A stretch of DNA of 54,360 nt, counting the filler, from Squatina squatina (Eukaryota), in assembly GCA_031763465.1 (NCBI GenBank). It is 3 parts of 3 records of this genome, joined end to end, with 100 filler letters (N's around TTAATTAATTAA, not from the genome) between each part and the next. Parts side by side here need not be neighbours in the genome. Positions count along the whole stretch, not along the records: positions 32,316 to 54,360 come from JARFOE010000192.1; 2 more parts are not named here. One strand, written 5' to 3'. Of this stretch, positions 50,284 through 54,360 are shown one piece after another; position 1 is the stretch's first letter; every line of letters starts with the position of its first letter. Below the pieces are notes generated by a model, which made no database searches, was not told where the DNA came from, and was given only the letters and a program-made list of their open reading frames with translations. The position numbers and the translations under genes are program-made.

Positions 50284-51359
50284 GTAAGTGAACAAATGCT
50301 GAGCAAATGACAAGCTATTAGGTAAATGGGAAACAGTTATGCCAAATTTAATGCAGGTTTCAATGACCATCTTGCTGATCAGTACTTATACTGAAACTTT
50401 CAGACCAATTTATTAGCATATGCCAGAGTGTAAAAGTAAACTGGCAGAAATCAGCATAAACAACCAGAACTCAAGAAAAACATAGAACTTATGCCATATT
50501 CCTTCTTTAAGTCCCTCTTTACACGTGAGCAGTGTAAAGATTGAAGTATCAAACCATCATTGATGCACATTAGGCACAGCATATTTAAGAAAATACAACC
50601 ATGGAAGCTTTTTAATTTTTAACATAACTCATTCTGGTGCCATAAAAAATGCATCAGAGATACAAGAAAATACAACGCGGGTCTCAGTGAGAAATTTTTT
50701 AAAAATCCCTATTAAATACCAGAAGTTTGGCTTTGGGTCTAGCTGCACCTAAACTTTTAAACATAAATTGACAGCCCAATCAGAACTGGCATTCCCTTGG
50801 TCTTTTGCTTGGGTTATCGAGCTTTATTAATGAAAAGCAGAGGGTTTTGGCAGAGGTTTCATTGAATAGGGAACCTGGGCGTAGCGTGAAAAACTATATT
50901 AAGTCACTTGCCTCCAAATTTACTCAATCTTCTGTGTTGAAGATTGGCATTATGCCACACTGAGGCTGTTGTTTTCACGCACATTTTGAGGAAATTCAAA
51001 ACGGTAATCGGTGAGGTCTGTGGTGGTTTTAAATGAAAACTCCATTCTGAGACTTCCAAGTCAATAATTTGTTGGCACTGATTGTTTTTTGAATTTTACC
51101 TTTACTAAATTATAATTGTTGTATATATTTGTACATATAGGGAAAAATTAACATTGTATTTATTATTTAGGAGTGAATTTTGTCTCTAGACTTCAATCTG
51201 CTTGATTTGTGATAACCAAATAAAATTTGTGCATAGATTTCTTATACGGCTACTTATAAAGTGTGGATTTTTGGAAGTGATCAGAAAATAAATCAAAATT
51301 GTTTACAATAACTCAATTTACTACAACTGGCATTTTTAGAGAGGATGGAATGCATTTAG

Positions 51360-51650
51360 TTATTTTTCTAACTTTTTCTTTACCCTCTTCTGAAATTAAC
51401 TCTTGATGTGCTGTGATTTCATGAGTTCCAGCAGTCATGAGTGGTCATTCTTAATAGGTAAAGGTTAATGGAAACTGTTAGCCGATTCAATTGTGAGGTT
51501 ATTGCAGCCAAGCTGGACCTTTTCGCAATCAATGTGCACACTTGTGCAATTTCAAGCAGGGACCAGTGGATAGCAGTCAAGAGCAAGAAGTTTGGCTGAT
51601 TTTTTTCACCTCTTTAATCCAGGGACGCAAGCCAATTGCTGCACTCTTTA
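51360..51650 (-). mobile_element. Ancient tRNA-derived SINE (same family as 7110-7460)
   Basis: Shares the blocks GCAGGGACCAGTGGATAG..GAGCAAGAA..GGCTGATTTTTT..GCCAATTG. Confidence 0.5.
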
Positions 51651-52014
51651 CAAACCAGAAGTAGAGTTTGGAATATTAAAGTCTACATAATTTATACAAT
51701 GGGCAGTTGGAGAGCGCACGTAGTTACATTTTTATTAGATTGATTAATGGGTAGGTTGCTTTCCACTGAACAGATACAAATGCTCTCTGCAGCCTTCACA
51801 CGTGATATATTGTGTGTAATCATTTTTTGAAAAAATGAACACCAATGAAAGTTGGCTTCAAAATGGCTTCATTTTGAGGGAGAATATTGAGGTAGAATTT
51901 TTACAATTCTGTCACTAAAAAGATTATGCTAAGTTTAAATTTTCTTTTAGTGTCTAATATTTGCTTTGTAAACAGTGGAGCAGCTTCCATATATTTCCTT
52001 TCCAAAAGCAAGAT

Positions 52015-52098
52015 GCTGAAAATCTGAAATAAAAATAGAAATTACTGGAAATACTCAGCAGGTCAGGCGGCATCTGTGGATAGAGAAACAAAGTTAAT
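52015..52098. mobile_element. Penelope-like terminal fragment
   Basis: AATAAAAATAGAAATTACTGGAAATACTCAGCAGGTCAGGCGGCATCTGTGGATAGAGAAACAAAGTTAA; three copies occur in the window. Confidence 0.5.
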
Positions 52099-52270
52099 GG
52101 CCTTGAAATTACGATATTCCCACGCACCTGGGGAGACATCGCAAAATCCGGTTATGGGGTTGTTTATNNNNNNNNNNNNNNNNNNNNNNNNNNNNNNNNN
52201 NNNNNNNNNNNNNNNNNNNNNNNNNNNNNNNNNNNNNNNNNNNNNNNNNNNNNNNNNNNNNNNNNNNCAG

Positions 52271-52501
52271 GTGAGTCAAGATGGGAAAGCTCTGCTGGAT
52301 AAACTCCAGCGACCTCTGACCCCTGGCAGTGCTGACTCATTAATGGCAACAGCCAATTATTCAAAGGCTGTTCATCATGTCTTGGACATTATTCACGAGG
52401 TCCTCCACCATCAGCGACAGCTAGAGAACATCTGGCAGCATCGAAAGGTTCGACTTCACCAGCGGCTCCAGCTTTGTGTTTTCCAACAGGATGTACACCA
52501 A
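52271..52501 (+). CDS. TRIO: TRIO exon 9, 231 nt
   Basis: CAG|VSQDGKALLDKLQRPLTPGSADSLMATANYSKAVHHVLDIIHEVLHHQRQLENIWQHRKVRLHQRLQLCVFQQDVHQ|GTAAGT. Confidence 0.95.
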
Positions 52502-54360
52502 GTAAGTGCAAAAGTTTTGTTGCTGCTCTTGATATAAAACTAAAGGAATGGGGTGCTTATAATGGCAGTTCAAGAATTGAATGTTATTTTTAACTCCATT
52601 GTGTTTTGCTTCATACGTTACATTTTCAATATTTTTTTGAAGGAAAGTCAGCAGTAATTTAGACAATTAATAAGAAGGTATGTGCTTATTGGTGTCTTGG
52701 TAGGGCTGCTGATTAAGTATTGCTGGATATTGGAATTTTTGTTTGTCCCTTTCCTGATTTTTAGGAACCTTATTCCTCTACATTATGTTGAAATTATAGT
52801 CCGAGCCACTGATTTACAATGACTGATTAAATTTTTATTGCTTGGACTTCCAGATTTTTAGCAGTGTTTTAGGGATCGCATTCTATAATTCTTCCAATTT
52901 ACAAGTAAGACCACTGGGTTTTTGTGATGGAATAAGTTAAATTCTCTTTTTATGACCTAGAATTCCAGAATTTTTACTGGTGCTTTAGGAATTGAATTCC
53001 TTCAATCCATTGTTTTCGTGAGCTAACTATAGTACTAATAGGTCCAAGCAATGTAATTACACCATGATCCGCAAACTTGAAGTTCAAAGGAACATGTGAT
53101 TGTTAAAAAAAAAAATGTGGCAAAACTTCTTTATTTTGCATTGCACTGCAATATTTTCTTTGTTTGTGATGCAACTGCAACATAAATGATGGAAAAAATT
53201 GAGGACTTGGAGGCAGTGCTCTTATTCTCGTAATTCCCCATGACCTTACAGGGCTTGCCTGAGGTGGAGTGGCAAAGCGTTGATAAGTTCATATAATAAA
53301 TTTTTCAAAGCTCCACCAGCAAAGTGGAGTCTCACAAACAGTGCCCCTAGCCAAGAATGCCTGATTTCCCATCCAGCGATTACGGGTGCATAAATGAGGT
53401 TATTGGCATTGGCATTGTTATTGGCATACTTGAACCTACTTTACACTGAGCATTTAAAGGAGGTGTCTTGTCGGAATTCCCAGCTGTGGCTGAGACTGCC
53501 TAAACCATGCAGCTCACCCATTTGAAGGAAATTAATATCGGACTGCTTGCCTCGCCGGCAACGGGTCAAAGGTAAGCCCCCAAGGGGTGGTCAAATTGGG
53601 ATATTGTGCAGTGAGGGAAATATTTCTATTCTTCCTGGCTCCACAGTATTATTTTTCAATTTATTTTCTTAAAACTTACTTTTTGTTGGTGGCCGCTGCT
53701 TAGGCTGCAGAGACTGCTGAAGAATCCAGAGTGGAGCATGTCTGGCGCCTGCAATATCTAGTTTCCCAGAGAGAGCCTAAAATATTCATTGGGCCCAACA
53801 TTTACACGTGTCAGGGGCTTAACATCTGGCGTGGGCCTGAAAAATGGGCGGACCCAATCTTGGATCGGATGAATTTCAGGTGCCCTTTGGTCCGCAAAAT
53901 CGACCCTCAATCCATCCATTTTACACCCATAACTCAAATGTAGTGAGGTCAAATTTCTATTTGAGTGTTGGAAGGCTATCTGTCTGCAGGTGGATCTTAG
54001 CAAAATCCAGTGGTGTCCTAACCTGACAGCCATTCATGCAAACCTTCAGCAGAGGTCCCGGGACAGTGATCATGTGCAAGAACCTTGGCTGATATCCACT
54101 CTTCCAAATCCAGGGTTTCTGGCGATAATTGGAGCATCATGACTGTTGCTAAGATCAATTTACTCAGTGCAGTACATTGAAGTGGAGTCCTTGCTGATCT
54201 GTATGGCTTGGTTACTGAGATGTTGGGTAAGTGAATTTTGCAATATTCAAACAAAGATGTGAAGTGCTAGTAAGGATGCATCGCTTAGTATCATCCCGGC
54301 TGATGGGGGATAGGTCGATCTCCACGGACATCTTTGCATTTGGAGCCCGCCTCATCAGAC

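Noticed and set aside
45414-52501. Assignment of the GEF exons to KALRN
   Set aside because: Diagnostic residues (RRLISYLA, WDSIK, QKQRT, KFEFE) and the ADIAAFFRSG first exon are TRIO-type.
54325-54360. Minus-strand CTGATGAG suggesting a hammerhead ribozyme
   Set aside because: No GAAA follows the putative stem II, and the sequence is cut by the window edge.

Overview
This is vertebrate (cartilaginous fish/shark-like) genomic DNA from a gappy draft assembly, not a prokaryotic locus. Two synthetic 100-nt linkers (N44-TTAATTAATTAA-N44 at 14356-14455 and 32216-32315) join three unrelated pieces. (1) 1-14355 is repeat-rich DNA ending in a truncated minus-strand exon of C5orf15/KCT2. (2) 14456-32215 holds MMP9 exons 3, 4 and part of 5 on the minus strand, followed by repeat-rich upstream DNA. 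(3) 32316-54360 holds four minus-strand exons of an ACC-synthase-like (ACCS family, PLP-dependent) gene that the ORF track misses, oriented head-to-head with TRIO (CpG-island promoter; exons 1, 3, 4, 7, 8 and 9 visible, others presumably in gaps). The repeats include CR1/L2/RTE LINE fragments, tRNA-derived and Deu-domain SINEs, Penelope-like termini with a decayed hammerhead core, and PIF/Harbinger elements and MITEs; one Harbinger remnant keeps both transposase and Myb/SANT fragments. I found no convincing wholly new multi-gene system. The best leads are the TRIO-linked ACCS paralog, a 4-aa loop insertion in MMP9, a possible recursive-splice exon in TRIO and the Harbinger family. Gene, exon-number and repeat-family assignments come from recalled homologous sequences, not from searches.
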